A stretch of DNA of 64,000 bases from a bacterium (GTDB lineage: Bacteria > Sysuimicrobiota > Sysuimicrobiia > Sysuimicrobiales > Kaftiobacteriaceae): positions 9,465-73,464 of the forward strand of contig JBIOWP010000053.1 of the NCBI GenBank assembly GCA_044868695.1, read 5' to 3'. Under the pieces are notes generated by a model. It saw only the letters and a list, made by a program, of their open reading frames with translations, had not been told where the DNA came from and did not search any database. Shown in pieces: positions 36,978-46,366 of the stretch; within the stretch, counting starts at the first letter, position 1; the number at the start of each line of letters is the position of its first letter. Made by a program: the position numbers and the translations under genes.

Positions 36978-37728
36978 GGAGGCGGTGCGGGAGTATTGGG
37001 AATTGCAGCCGTGCGGCGCGAGTCCGAGCATTGTCGGGGTTCTCCCGCGCGCCAGCCGGGAATGGTTTGAGAAGATTGAGGAGCACCGCTACCGCCTCGA
37101 GCCGTTCATCCATGCCGTCGCTCAGTTTACTCGTCACAGGGGCAAGCGTGTGCTGGAGATCGGAGTAGGGACGGGGACCGATTTCCTCCAGTGGGCACGG
37201 GCCGGAACCCGCTGTGTGGGTGTCGACATGACCGACGAAGGCGTTGAGCTCACGAAGGCGCGGCTGGCATGTTACGGGTTCGCCCCTGAGGTCATCCGCG
37301 CCGATGCGGAATGCCTGCCATTCTCCGATACCTCATTTGACCTGGTGTATTCCTGGGGAGTCCTGCATCACACTCCCGATCCGGGAGCGGCGGTGCGGGA
37401 GATCCGGCGGATCCTGAAGCCCGGGGGAACGTTCATCGGGATGATGTACCACCGGCGTTCGGTGCTGGCCTTCAAGTTCTGGGTCTGGTATGGTCTCCTG
37501 CGAGGTCGGCCCTGGCGCAGCTTCGCAGACGTGCTCTGGCACCACATGGAGAGCCTCGGCACGAAAGCGTACACCATTCCGGAATTGCGCGAGCTCTTTG
37601 GAGAGTTCGCCAGCTTCAGCGCGCGGCCGATCCTGACCCCGTACGACCGGAAACGCTGGCCGCGGGTCGTGTCGGCGTTCTTTCCCGATGCCTGGGGCTG
37701 GTTCACCGCGATCACCGCAACCCGCTGA
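36967..37728 (+). CDS. class I SAM-dependent methyltransferase
   Basis: Motif I VLEIGVGTGTD. Motif II/III region DLVYSWGVLHHTPDPGAAVREIRRILKPGGTF. Confidence 0.85.
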   Translation: MSLKEAVREYWELQPCGASPSIVGVLPRASREWFEKIEEHRYRLEPFIHAVAQFTRHRGKRVLEIGVGTGTDFLQWARAGTRCVGVDMTDEGVELTKARLACYGFAPEVIRADAECLPFSDTSFDLVYSWGVLHHTPDPGAAVREIRRILKPGGTFIGMMYHRRSVLAFKFWVWYGLLRGRPWRSFADVLWHHMESLGTKAYTIPELRELFGEFASFSARPILTPYDRKRWPRVVSAFFPDAWGWFTAITATR

Positions 37729-37733
37729 TCACC

Positions 37734-38840
37734 GTGACACTCATGACGCCGCTTACGGTTGCTCTGGTGGCACCGACGATGGAGCTCCTGGGGGGCAACA
37801 CCATTCAGGCCTACGCGCTTGCCCAGGCCCTGCGTGCCGAGGGGTGCGAGGTCGCGTTCGTCCCGATCAATCCCCGCTTTCCCCGTGGGGTCAGCTGGCT
37901 CCGCCGGTACCGGTACGTGCGCACCGTGGTAAACGAGGCCCTGTATGTGCCGACCCTCCTCCGGATCCGCGGTGCCAATGTCACGCACATCGTTTCGGCA
38001 GCTGGATCCTCTTTCATCGTCGCATCACTCCCGGCGATCCTGGCCGCGCGGATGCTCGGTACTCGAGTGGTGCTGCACTACCACTCGGGCAAAGGTCCCG
38101 ACCACCTGGCGCGGTGGGGCCCGCTGGTGCATCCCTGGCTGCGCCTGGTCGATGAGATCGTCGTTCCCTCCGAGTACTTGCGATCGGTGTTTGCCCAACA
38201 TGGCTACCGGGTGCGCGTCATCAGGAACATCATCGACACCGCCCAGTTCGCGTACCGGGAGCGGCGGACGCTGCGTCCCCGACTGCTCTCCACCCGCGCC
38301 CTCGAACCTCTGTATCGCGTGGACAACACGCTTGAAGCGTTCTTCCGCGTGCAGGCGCGGTTTCCGAACGCCACCCTGACCCTCGCGGGATACGGCACCG
38401 AGGAGGGCCGACTCCGCCGGCTGGCCGCTTTGTCTGGGACGGACGGAGTCCGATTCGTCGGACGCATTGAGCCCGAGGCCATGCCTCGTCTGCTGAACGA
38501 AGCGGACGTGTTCGTCAACTCGTCCGTCATCGACAACCAGCCGGTGTCTGTGCTCGAGGCCTTCGCGGCGGGCCTGCCGGTTGTCTCGACCAACCCCGGC
38601 GATCTTGCCGCCCTCGTTCGCAACGGCGAGACCGGTCTCGTCGTTCCGCCTGAGGATCCGGGCGCGATGGCCGATGCGGTCACGCGGCTCCTGAACGACA
38701 TCGAATACGCGATGACCCTCTCGCAGAGAGCCCGCCACGAGGTCGAGCGGTACACATGGCCGCACGTGCGTCACGAATGGGCGGCCGCATACGCGGGGAA
38801 TGGCCGCGCGGGCGGGGGGCTCGGGTCGCCACCGGCATGA
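37734..38840 (+). CDS. glycosyltransferase family 4 (GT-B)
   Basis: C-terminal GT4 motif (EADVFVNSSVIDNQPVSVLEAFAAGLPVVSTNPGDL). Confidence 0.85.
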   Translation: MTLMTPLTVALVAPTMELLGGNTIQAYALAQALRAEGCEVAFVPINPRFPRGVSWLRRYRYVRTVVNEALYVPTLLRIRGANVTHIVSAAGSSFIVASLPAILAARMLGTRVVLHYHSGKGPDHLARWGPLVHPWLRLVDEIVVPSEYLRSVFAQHGYRVRVIRNIIDTAQFAYRERRTLRPRLLSTRALEPLYRVDNTLEAFFRVQARFPNATLTLAGYGTEEGRLRRLAALSGTDGVRFVGRIEPEAMPRLLNEADVFVNSSVIDNQPVSVLEAFAAGLPVVSTNPGDLAALVRNGETGLVVPPEDPGAMADAVTRLLNDIEYAMTLSQRARHEVERYTWPHVRHEWAAAYAGNGRAGGGLGSPPA

Positions 38841-40948
38841 GGCTGGAACGCGTGCTACAGATGCCGGTCACCGAGATTGCCGGTCGGGGACGTCAGGAGG
38901 CGGCGAAATGGCTGGACCGTGTGGCCGCCGTCGCGAGTACGCGGCCGGCCCGCATCCACCCGCCGAGCGTGGGTGTCGATCCCACACGCTTCTTCGAGGG
39001 CGCCGCGAGCCCGGACACGACGGCGTTCGTAATCGCGCAGCTCCCTGGGAGTGTTGATCGGGCCATCGTCACGGCGGACGCGGTCTGCCGGGGCCGGTTC
39101 GATCTCCTGGGCTACCGGGACCTGATCTTCGGCGATCCCGTGGACTGGCACCTGGATCCCGTCTCGCGCCGCCGTGCGCCCCTGGTGCACTGGAGCCGCC
39201 TCAATCCCCTTGACGCGGCCGCCGTCGGGGACAGCAAAGTGATCTGGGAGTTGAACCGCCACCAGTGGCTCCTGCATCTCGGGCAGGCGTACCGAATCAC
39301 CGGGGACGAGCGCTACGCAGACACTTTTGCCCGCTACGTGCGCGACTGGACGCGGGCCAATCCCACCGGCCTGGGCATCAACTGGGCGAGCAGCCTCGAG
39401 GTCGCGTTCAGGATGATCTCCTGGTGTTGGGCCTTGATGTTGTTTCACGGCTCCCCCACGCTGTCCGGCGGCCTCTTTGGCCAGATGCTCATTGGGATCG
39501 AGGCCCATGCCCGCCACGTCGAGCGGTATCTCTCGCACTACTTCGCGCCCAATACCCATCTGACCGGCGAAGCGCTCGGGCTCTTCTACGCCGGTGTGCT
39601 CTTTCCAGACCTGCGCCGTGCAAAACGGTGGAAGGAACTTGGGACGGGAATTCTTGTCACACAGTGCGACCGCCACATCCTGCCGGACGGCGTGTACTTT
39701 GAACAGTCCACGTGGTATCAACGCTACACGGCTGACATCTACCTTCACTTTCTGATCCTGGCCGCACGGAATGGCGTCGGTGTTCCGGATACGGTACGAG
39801 ACCGGGTCTGTCGGCTGCTTGACTTCCTTGTCGCCGTTCGCCGCCCCGACGGATCGATGCCGCTCATCGGCGACGCCGATGGGGGGTGGCTCCTCCCGCT
39901 GGTGCCGAGGGACGCCGGCGACCTCCGAGGCACGATGGCACTGGCGGCGGCGTTCTTCGCCCGCCCCGACTATGCCTGGGCGGCCGACGGCCGGGCCCCC
40001 GAAGTCTTGTGGATACTGGGGGCGGCCGGGCAGAAAGCGTTCGCGGCCCTCGATCCGCGGCCGCCGGATGCGGCGCCGTCGCGGCTCTTCTCTGACGGCG
40101 GCTATGCCATCATGCAGACCGGATGGGAGCGGGAGGCCCACCAGCTGGTCCTCGACGCCGGACCGTTCGGTGCGGTCAACGGCGGGCATGGGCACGCGGA
40201 CCTTCTGAGCCTTCAGTGCTCGGTCTTTGGAGAGCCCTTCCTCGTCGACCCGGGCACGGATGGCTACACGGTGGACCCACAGTGGCGCGATTTTTTCCGC
40301 GGCACTGCGGCTCATTCGACCGTGCGGATAGATTCCCGTCCGCAGGCCATCCCTGGCGGGCCCTTCAAGTGGGAATCGCGGCCTCGGGCCCGCCTGCGTC
40401 GATGGGTGTCCACGCAGACCATGGACTTTGCCGACGCGGAGCACGACGCTTACCACCGCCTTCCCGATCCGGTGACGCACCGGCGCCGGGTGCTCTTCGT
40501 GAAGCCCCGGTACTGGGTGGTCGTCGATGACCTCGTCGGAGCGAGCGAGCACCGGGTTGACCTCCAGTTCCAGTTCGCGCCAATGGATGTGATCGCGGAT
40601 TCGACCCTGTGGGCCCGCGCCGTTGGCCGGCGAGATCGAGGCCTGCTGATCCGGGCGTTCTCGTCCGCAGCCCTGACGGCCAAGGTGTGGGAAGGCCAGG
40701 TGGGCCGGCCGGGAGGCTGGGTATCGCCGGACTACGGCCGGCGCCATCCGGCGCCAGTCCTGACGTACTCCACTTTCGCACGCCTGCCCCTGAGGGTCGT
40801 GACACTCTTCCTGCCCGCGGACAACCCTTCGGCGCCCCTACCCCGGGTGTCGGGATCGTGCGGCGGCCCGGCAGACCCGACGGTGCTCGTGTTCGATGAC
40901 ACGGGCGAGGCGGTGGTCGTAGGGGACGACGATATCCATGTCGCATGA
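38837..40948 (+). CDS. heparinase II/III-like protein (polysaccharide lyase/epimerase-like fold; alginate-lyase-related family)
   Basis: Hepar_II_III_N-like toroid region (WELNRHQWLLHLGQAYRITGDERYADTFARYVRDWTRANP...NWASSLEVAFRMISWCWAL) and a C-terminal beta-sandwich region. Confidence 0.75.
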   Translation: MRLERVLQMPVTEIAGRGRQEAAKWLDRVAAVASTRPARIHPPSVGVDPTRFFEGAASPDTTAFVIAQLPGSVDRAIVTADAVCRGRFDLLGYRDLIFGDPVDWHLDPVSRRRAPLVHWSRLNPLDAAAVGDSKVIWELNRHQWLLHLGQAYRITGDERYADTFARYVRDWTRANPTGLGINWASSLEVAFRMISWCWALMLFHGSPTLSGGLFGQMLIGIEAHARHVERYLSHYFAPNTHLTGEALGLFYAGVLFPDLRRAKRWKELGTGILVTQCDRHILPDGVYFEQSTWYQRYTADIYLHFLILAARNGVGVPDTVRDRVCRLLDFLVAVRRPDGSMPLIGDADGGWLLPLVPRDAGDLRGTMALAAAFFARPDYAWAADGRAPEVLWILGAAGQKAFAALDPRPPDAAPSRLFSDGGYAIMQTGWEREAHQLVLDAGPFGAVNGGHGHADLLSLQCSVFGEPFLVDPGTDGYTVDPQWRDFFRGTAAHSTVRIDSRPQAIPGGPFKWESRPRARLRRWVSTQTMDFADAEHDAYHRLPDPVTHRRRVLFVKPRYWVVVDDLVGASEHRVDLQFQFAPMDVIADSTLWARAVGRRDRGLLIRAFSSAALTAKVWEGQVGRPGGWVSPDYGRRHPAPVLTYSTFARLPLRVVTLFLPADNPSAPLPRVSGSCGGPADPTVLVFDDTGEAVVVGDDDIHVA

Positions 40949-40961
40949 GGGTGGGGCCGAG

Positions 40962-42521
40962 ATGTATACCATCCGCGACGTGTTGACGCTGCAGTCCGAG
41001 AATCTGCGGGCTGATCACATCGCTGTGGTGGACGGGGTCAGGCGCCTGACTTACGGAGAGCTGCAGGCGTGCGCCCGGCGCTTCGGCACGCTACTCACAG
41101 AAGCAGGCGTGCGCAGGGGTGATCGCGTCGCCATCTTCTTGCCACGCTCGGTTGACGCGGTGACCGCGCTGTTTGGGACGTGGTTCGCCGGCGGCGTGGC
41201 GGTCGTGATCAACGAGCACCTGCGCGCGCAGCAAGTCAACCACGTCCTCGCCCACAGCGGGGCCGGGTGCGTGGTGACCGACAGCAGACAACTGCGCTCT
41301 CTGTCACATCCCCTGCGGGGTTCGGTGACTCTTGTCAACGTCGACCAGGTCGAGCTGCCGCATGCGCCACACGCTCCGGAGCCGGTCATCGGAGCAGATC
41401 TCGCCCTGTTGATTTACACGTCGGGCTCGACGGGGCTGCCCAAAGGCGTGATGGTGAGCCACGATAACCTGCTGGCCGGCGCCCGCATCGTGTCGGACTA
41501 CCTGCGCCTCACCGAGCGGGACGTGATCCTGAGCTTGATGCCGTTCAGTTTCGACTACGGCCTCAATCAACTGCTGACCGCGGTCTGGGTGGGGGGGACG
41601 CTGGTGGTTCAGCGATCGTTGTTCCCCCCGGACATTTGCGCCGCGCTTGAGCGGGAGGAGGTCACGGGAGTGGCGGCTGTGCCGACGCTGTGGCTGCAGC
41701 TGACCGGCAGACAGTCACCCTTCCTCCACCGGGCGTTGCCGCGGCTGCGGTATCTCACCAACACCGGTGGACGGCTGCCCGAGCGCACCGTGCGGTCGAT
41801 CCGGGCCGCCCATCCGCACGTTCAGGTGTACCTGATGTACGGGCTGACGGAGGCATTCAGATCTACCTACCTCCCACCGGACCAGGTGGACCTTCGGCCA
41901 TCGTCCATCGGAAAGGCGATCCCCAACGTGGAGATCTGCGTGATCAACGAGGAAGGCAGGCCCTGTGCGCCCGGCGAGGTCGGCGAGCTGGTGCATCGCG
42001 GCGCAACCGTGACCCTGGGGTACTGGCGCGACCCCGACGCCACCGCGCGGGTATTCCGGCCTCACCCTCTGGAGCCGTTCCGCAACGGGAGCCGGGAGCT
42101 CGTCGTCTACTCCGGCGACCTCGTGAAGATGGACGGGGATGGGTACCTGTACTACGTCGGACGGCGGGACCAGTTGATCAAATCACGCGGGTTTCGCGTC
42201 AGTCCCGAGGAGATTGAACGCTGCATCGGGTCGTCGGGTCTCGTCACCAACGTGGTGGCCTTTGCGGAGCCCAGGGACGAGGGGGACAGCGAGATCGTGA
42301 TCGCCGTGCTTCCGAACAGCCCAGACGCCTTCCGCGAAGAGGCCCTGCGGGAGTTCTGCAACGTCGAGATGCCGGAGTACATGCAGCCGCAGGTGATCTG
42401 GCAGATGGACCAATTTCCGCTGACCACATCCGGGAAACCGGACCGCGGCAGAATACAGGAGATGTACCGTGCGCGACACGAGCGACCTATACAAGTTGCT
42501 GGAACCGCAAGAACGGCTTGA
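40962..42521 (+). CDS. acyl-CoA ligase (AMP-forming), exosortase-A-locus type
   Basis: AMP-binding cores LLIYTSGSTGLPKGV, YLMYGLTEA, YSGDLVKMDGDGYLYYVGRRDQLIKSRGFRVSPEEIE, TTSGKPDR. Confidence 0.85.
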   Translation: MYTIRDVLTLQSENLRADHIAVVDGVRRLTYGELQACARRFGTLLTEAGVRRGDRVAIFLPRSVDAVTALFGTWFAGGVAVVINEHLRAQQVNHVLAHSGAGCVVTDSRQLRSLSHPLRGSVTLVNVDQVELPHAPHAPEPVIGADLALLIYTSGSTGLPKGVMVSHDNLLAGARIVSDYLRLTERDVILSLMPFSFDYGLNQLLTAVWVGGTLVVQRSLFPPDICAALEREEVTGVAAVPTLWLQLTGRQSPFLHRALPRLRYLTNTGGRLPERTVRSIRAAHPHVQVYLMYGLTEAFRSTYLPPDQVDLRPSSIGKAIPNVEICVINEEGRPCAPGEVGELVHRGATVTLGYWRDPDATARVFRPHPLEPFRNGSRELVVYSGDLVKMDGDGYLYYVGRRDQLIKSRGFRVSPEEIERCIGSSGLVTNVVAFAEPRDEGDSEIVIAVLPNSPDAFREEALREFCNVEMPEYMQPQVIWQMDQFPLTTSGKPDRGRIQEMYRARHERPIQVAGTARTA

Positions 42522-43644
42522 CCGTCTCATCACGTCGACGTTCAAGCGCTTCGGGCCCCGGGCGGTCGATTTGTCCTATGCGAACCCGGCCGAGGGGCCA
42601 GACGCCCAGGTGCGTGGGGCGCTCGCGCGTGCGGCCGCTGAGATGGACGGGCTGGCGTTTCAATACACCCCGTACGGCGGGAACACCGTGACCCGCCGCG
42701 CGATCGCGTCCCAGTTGAGCCGGGAGTACGAGCTCGCTTTCCACTACCGCGATGTCATCATGACCACCGGCGCCATGACGGCATTGAACGTCGTGTTCCA
42801 CGGGCTCTGCGGGCCGCAGGACGAAGTCATGGTGCTTACGCCCTGCTGGCAGGACTACCCGCTGTACCTTCGCAACCTAGGCGTGCCCTTCTCCTTCGTG
42901 GGCCTCAAAGACGACAAACATCTCGACATCGACGGCATCGGCCGGGCGCTCAATGAGACGACCAAGGCAGTGCTCCTCAGCCAGCCGTGCTGCCCGACGG
43001 GGGTGCTGTACGCCCAGGACGAGCTCGATGCCCTGTCGGCGCTGCTGGCCGCCGCGGAGGCTCGATTCGGCACGACGATCTACCTGATCAGCGACGAGGT
43101 CTACCGCCACATCGTCTGGAGCAGGAAACCATTCTACAGCCCGTTGCTGAGTTATCCCCGCAGTCTCAGCATCTATTCATTTGGCAAGGCCCTCGCGCTT
43201 CAGGGACAGCGTATCGGGTACATCGCGGTGTCGCCCCGCGCCCCCGAGCGGAGCGAGGTCAGGGAACTGCTGCTGCGATGCGTCAGGCTCATGGGCTTCT
43301 GCACGCCGACCAGTTTGATGCAGCGTGCCGTGTGCGACCTGCTGGACTACAGGCCGCGCCTGGACGGGCTGGCGGAAAAGCAGGCGTTTGTGAGGCGCAT
43401 GATCGGCGGCTACGGGTATCAGGTGTGCGACGCCGACGCGGCCTTCTATGTCTATGCCAGGTCGCCGGTCCCCGACGACTTCACGTTCGCTGAGCAGCTC
43501 GCCTCGCGGGGGGTGATGGTCATGCCGTCGACACTGTTCCACGAACCCGGGTTTGTGCGCCTGTCCTTAACCGCCCGGGTCGAGGCGATCGAGGCGGGAC
43601 TGCCGGCGTTCGCCAGCGTCCTCCAGCCCCGCGTGGCAGTGTAG
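42469..43644 (+). CDS. PLP-dependent aminotransferase (class I/II fold)
   Basis: PLP-lysine context SIYSFGKALALQGQRIGY. Upstream D...Y PLP-binding features (LISDEVYRH). The 52-nt overlap with the ligase leaves the start uncertain. Confidence 0.75.
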   Translation: MRDTSDLYKLLEPQERLDRLITSTFKRFGPRAVDLSYANPAEGPDAQVRGALARAAAEMDGLAFQYTPYGGNTVTRRAIASQLSREYELAFHYRDVIMTTGAMTALNVVFHGLCGPQDEVMVLTPCWQDYPLYLRNLGVPFSFVGLKDDKHLDIDGIGRALNETTKAVLLSQPCCPTGVLYAQDELDALSALLAAAEARFGTTIYLISDEVYRHIVWSRKPFYSPLLSYPRSLSIYSFGKALALQGQRIGYIAVSPRAPERSEVRELLLRCVRLMGFCTPTSLMQRAVCDLLDYRPRLDGLAEKQAFVRRMIGGYGYQVCDADAAFYVYARSPVPDDFTFAEQLASRGVMVMPSTLFHEPGFVRLSLTARVEAIEAGLPAFASVLQPRVAV

Positions 43645-43646
43645 CG

Positions 43647-44978
43647 ATGCTTCAGTCCACGCTGCGCGTCCGGAACTTCTGCTGGCAGAGGGGATCGTTT
43701 GCGCCCTCCGTGAACGACACAGCGCCGGCCGAACTGGCAGAGTGGACAGGGCCGTTTTCGCTGGCCGTCGTGGGGCCCCAGGGCCGCGTGACGCTGGCGC
43801 GGGACCGGCTGGGCATCAACAAGCTGTTCTTCGCCATCCACGAGACGGGCAGGGTGGCGGGCGCAAACTACCTGGTTGATCTCGTGGGGCAAGGGATCCC
43901 CTGTGAGGCCATCTACTCCGTGCCGGCCGGGCATGTGGTTGAGGTCGACGTAGGAGACCGGGCCGTATCGTCGAGCCGCTTCGCGGGGACCGATCCCGTA
44001 CCACAACCAGGCGGCGCCGGAGTGAAAGACATTGCACGGGGTATCCGCAGGGACCTCGAGGGCTGGTTCGCCCGGCTCGCCGAGCAGTTCACCGGGCGGA
44101 GGATCTGCGTCTGCCTGTCCGGAGGTCTTGACAGCGGTGTGATTGCGGCCCTGGCGAGGGAGTATTTCCGGGACGTCACCGCCTACACCTATGGGTATAT
44201 GGAGGCGGGCGCAGTCCACAGCGAGGACGTGAGGTATGCGGAGCGGCTGGCCCACGCGCTGCGGATCCCGTTCCGGCTCGTGGCCGCGTCGGCCGAGGAC
44301 GTGCACGCGGCGGTGGATGACGCCGTGTGCTATGGGCAGGACTGGCGGGACTTCAACGTACACTGCGCCATCGTGAACGAGATCCTGGCCCGCGCAATCC
44401 GCCGCGACGCGGAGGACAGCGGCGCCGGATTGTCCCCGTTGATCCTGACAGGCGACCTGGCCAACGAATTTCTTGCCGACTACGCGGCGGTCTCGTACCG
44501 TGGCCGCGAGTATTACCGCCTGCCCAGGCTGAGTCCCGGGGAGTTGCGGTCCGTGCTGATTCAGGGCCTGGACGCGGGAGACCGGGAGGTGGGCGTCTTC
44601 AACCACCACGGGCTTGAGGTCATTCAACCGTACGGCCTCGTCGTTGACCGGTATCTGGCCCTGCCGGGATCGTTTCTCGGGCGGGCGCGGGCCAAGCAGG
44701 CGCTGGGCGGCGCGATCGCGGGGGATCTGCTCCCGCGCTTTGTCTTTGATCGCGTCAAGGTCAGAGCCCAGATCGGTAGCTCGACGGAGCCTACAGGGAT
44801 TCTCCCGGTGCTCATCGATGCCGGCTTCGATGCGGGAAGGTTGCGCGAGGTCTTTTGCCGGCTGTTCAAGGTCGAGGACCAGGCGTTTCTCAGCAGGTTT
44901 GTCCGCGCCGGGCGGTACCGTGCCATGAACCAATTTCCTCTCAAGGAGACCTGGATCGATGGCTATCTCGCAGCCTGA
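43647..44978 (+). CDS. asparagine-synthetase-domain protein lacking the N-terminal glutaminase domain (PP-loop amidoligase)
   Basis: PP-loop ICVCLSGGLDSGVIAAL. No MCG N-terminal nucleophile Cys. Confidence 0.75.
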   Translation: MLQSTLRVRNFCWQRGSFAPSVNDTAPAELAEWTGPFSLAVVGPQGRVTLARDRLGINKLFFAIHETGRVAGANYLVDLVGQGIPCEAIYSVPAGHVVEVDVGDRAVSSSRFAGTDPVPQPGGAGVKDIARGIRRDLEGWFARLAEQFTGRRICVCLSGGLDSGVIAALAREYFRDVTAYTYGYMEAGAVHSEDVRYAERLAHALRIPFRLVAASAEDVHAAVDDAVCYGQDWRDFNVHCAIVNEILARAIRRDAEDSGAGLSPLILTGDLANEFLADYAAVSYRGREYYRLPRLSPGELRSVLIQGLDAGDREVGVFNHHGLEVIQPYGLVVDRYLALPGSFLGRARAKQALGGAIAGDLLPRFVFDRVKVRAQIGSSTEPTGILPVLIDAGFDAGRLREVFCRLFKVEDQAFLSRFVRAGRYRAMNQFPLKETWIDGYLAA

Positions 44979-45222
44979 TGTGGCCCGCACGATTGAGACG
45001 TTTATCCGGAAGGAATTCCGCGTCATACCGGACGACCCCCAGTTCTCGTGGGACGCGCATCTGTTCGAGTTGGGTTATGTGGACTCCGTAGGGGTCGTCG
45101 AGCTCATTGCCTTCATCGAATCCACCTTTCGGGTCAAGCTCGCTGACGAGCATATCTTCAGCGAACGCTTCACGACCATCAACGGGATCAGCAGCGTCGT
45201 CAGTGTGTGCACGGTGGGATGA
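44959..45222 (+). CDS. acyl carrier protein (second copy)
   Basis: 4'-PP motif LFELGYVDSVGVVELIAFIE. Overlaps the next gene by ATGA. Confidence 0.8.
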   Translation: MAISQPDVARTIETFIRKEFRVIPDDPQFSWDAHLFELGYVDSVGVVELIAFIESTFRVKLADEHIFSERFTTINGISSVVSVCTVG

Positions 45223-46310
45223 GCGTCGTCAGGCCGTTCGTCGCGGCTGATATCCCACACGTCGCAGACTTGCATCGCCGGGTCTTTCACACTGCGGAGC
45301 CCACCGTCCCGGGATGGATGGAGTCCTACCAGAGGTATTTCTTGGATGTGTTCCTCAGCAACCCGCTGGGTGATGACACGCTGACCTCGCTCGTGTGCGA
45401 GGACTCGTCTGGAACGATCGTCGGCTTCCTCGGGGTGGCGCCGCGGCGGATGGTGTTCAAAGGCCGGCCGATACTGGCGGCGGTATGTTCGCAGTTCGTG
45501 GTCGATCCGGCCCGGCGCGGGCAGGTGGGGCTTCGCATGGTGAAGCACTGCCTGGGCGGTCCGCAAGACCTCTCGTTGACCGACGAGGCAGAGGACGGCA
45601 CCGGGAAGATCTGGCAGTGGTGTGGCGGTGCCACGGCGCTCTTATACAGCATGCACTGGATCCGGCCGCTGCGGCCGGCCCGGGCCGCGCTCGCCGTCCT
45701 CCGCAGGCGGACGCCTCTCGCGTGGGCCGCCGGCATGTCCGCGCCCGCGGCACGGGTCATAGATGCCCTCGCCACCAGGGCATCGTGGAATCCGTTTCGC
45801 CTCTCGCCGACTCAGGGATCCACCGAAGACCTGGACGAGGCGATGCTGCCGGCCTGGCTTCCTGAGCTGGCGGCTGCGCGTACGCTTCGTCCCGCCTATG
45901 ACGATCAATTGGTGAAGTGGATGCTGCAGCGGGCGGGTCAGCGGCGGGGGCACGGGCAGTTCCGGAAGGTCCTGGTGCGGGACGACGCGCGCGGCATCGC
46001 GGGATGGTACCTGTACTACCGCAACCCCGGCGGGTTCAGCGAGGTGCTGCAGGTGGCGGCGAAGCCGCACACCGTCCGGTCGGTCCTGGACCATCTCTTC
46101 GATGATGCCGCGCGCCAGGGCGCCATCGCCCTGACCGGACGGCTCGATCCGGCCTTTGCAGCGGAGCTGTCAGAGAAGTCCTGTCTCTTGCACCGCCATG
46201 GCTATTCAATGCTCATCCACTCGAGCCACCCCGAATTGTTGGACGCCGTACTCACCGGCGATGCCTTCCTGACGCGACTTGAGGGCGAGTGGTGTCTGCG
46301 GTTCCAATAA
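45219..46310 (+). CDS. GNAT-fold acyltransferase-like protein, 367 aa (paralog of 28579..29682)
   Basis: Co-linear similarity to the 28579 protein (HVADLHRRVF / HVTELHRRVF ... GDAFLTRLEGEWCLRFQ). Confidence 0.65.
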   Translation: MSVVRPFVAADIPHVADLHRRVFHTAEPTVPGWMESYQRYFLDVFLSNPLGDDTLTSLVCEDSSGTIVGFLGVAPRRMVFKGRPILAAVCSQFVVDPARRGQVGLRMVKHCLGGPQDLSLTDEAEDGTGKIWQWCGGATALLYSMHWIRPLRPARAALAVLRRRTPLAWAAGMSAPAARVIDALATRASWNPFRLSPTQGSTEDLDEAMLPAWLPELAAARTLRPAYDDQLVKWMLQRAGQRRGHGQFRKVLVRDDARGIAGWYLYYRNPGGFSEVLQVAAKPHTVRSVLDHLFDDAARQGAIALTGRLDPAFAAELSEKSCLLHRHGYSMLIHSSHPELLDAVLTGDAFLTRLEGEWCLRFQ

Positions 46311-46366
46311 CCTCTCCGCCGCGAGCAGGATCGCCGCACGGGAACCCCATGGGAGTGAAGACCGAC

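Noticed and set aside
38855-40747. 630-aa minus-strand ORF opposite the heparinase II/III-like gene
   Set aside because: It is an antisense shadow ORF. The sense strand shows Hepar_II_III family motifs and tight coupling to its neighbouring genes.
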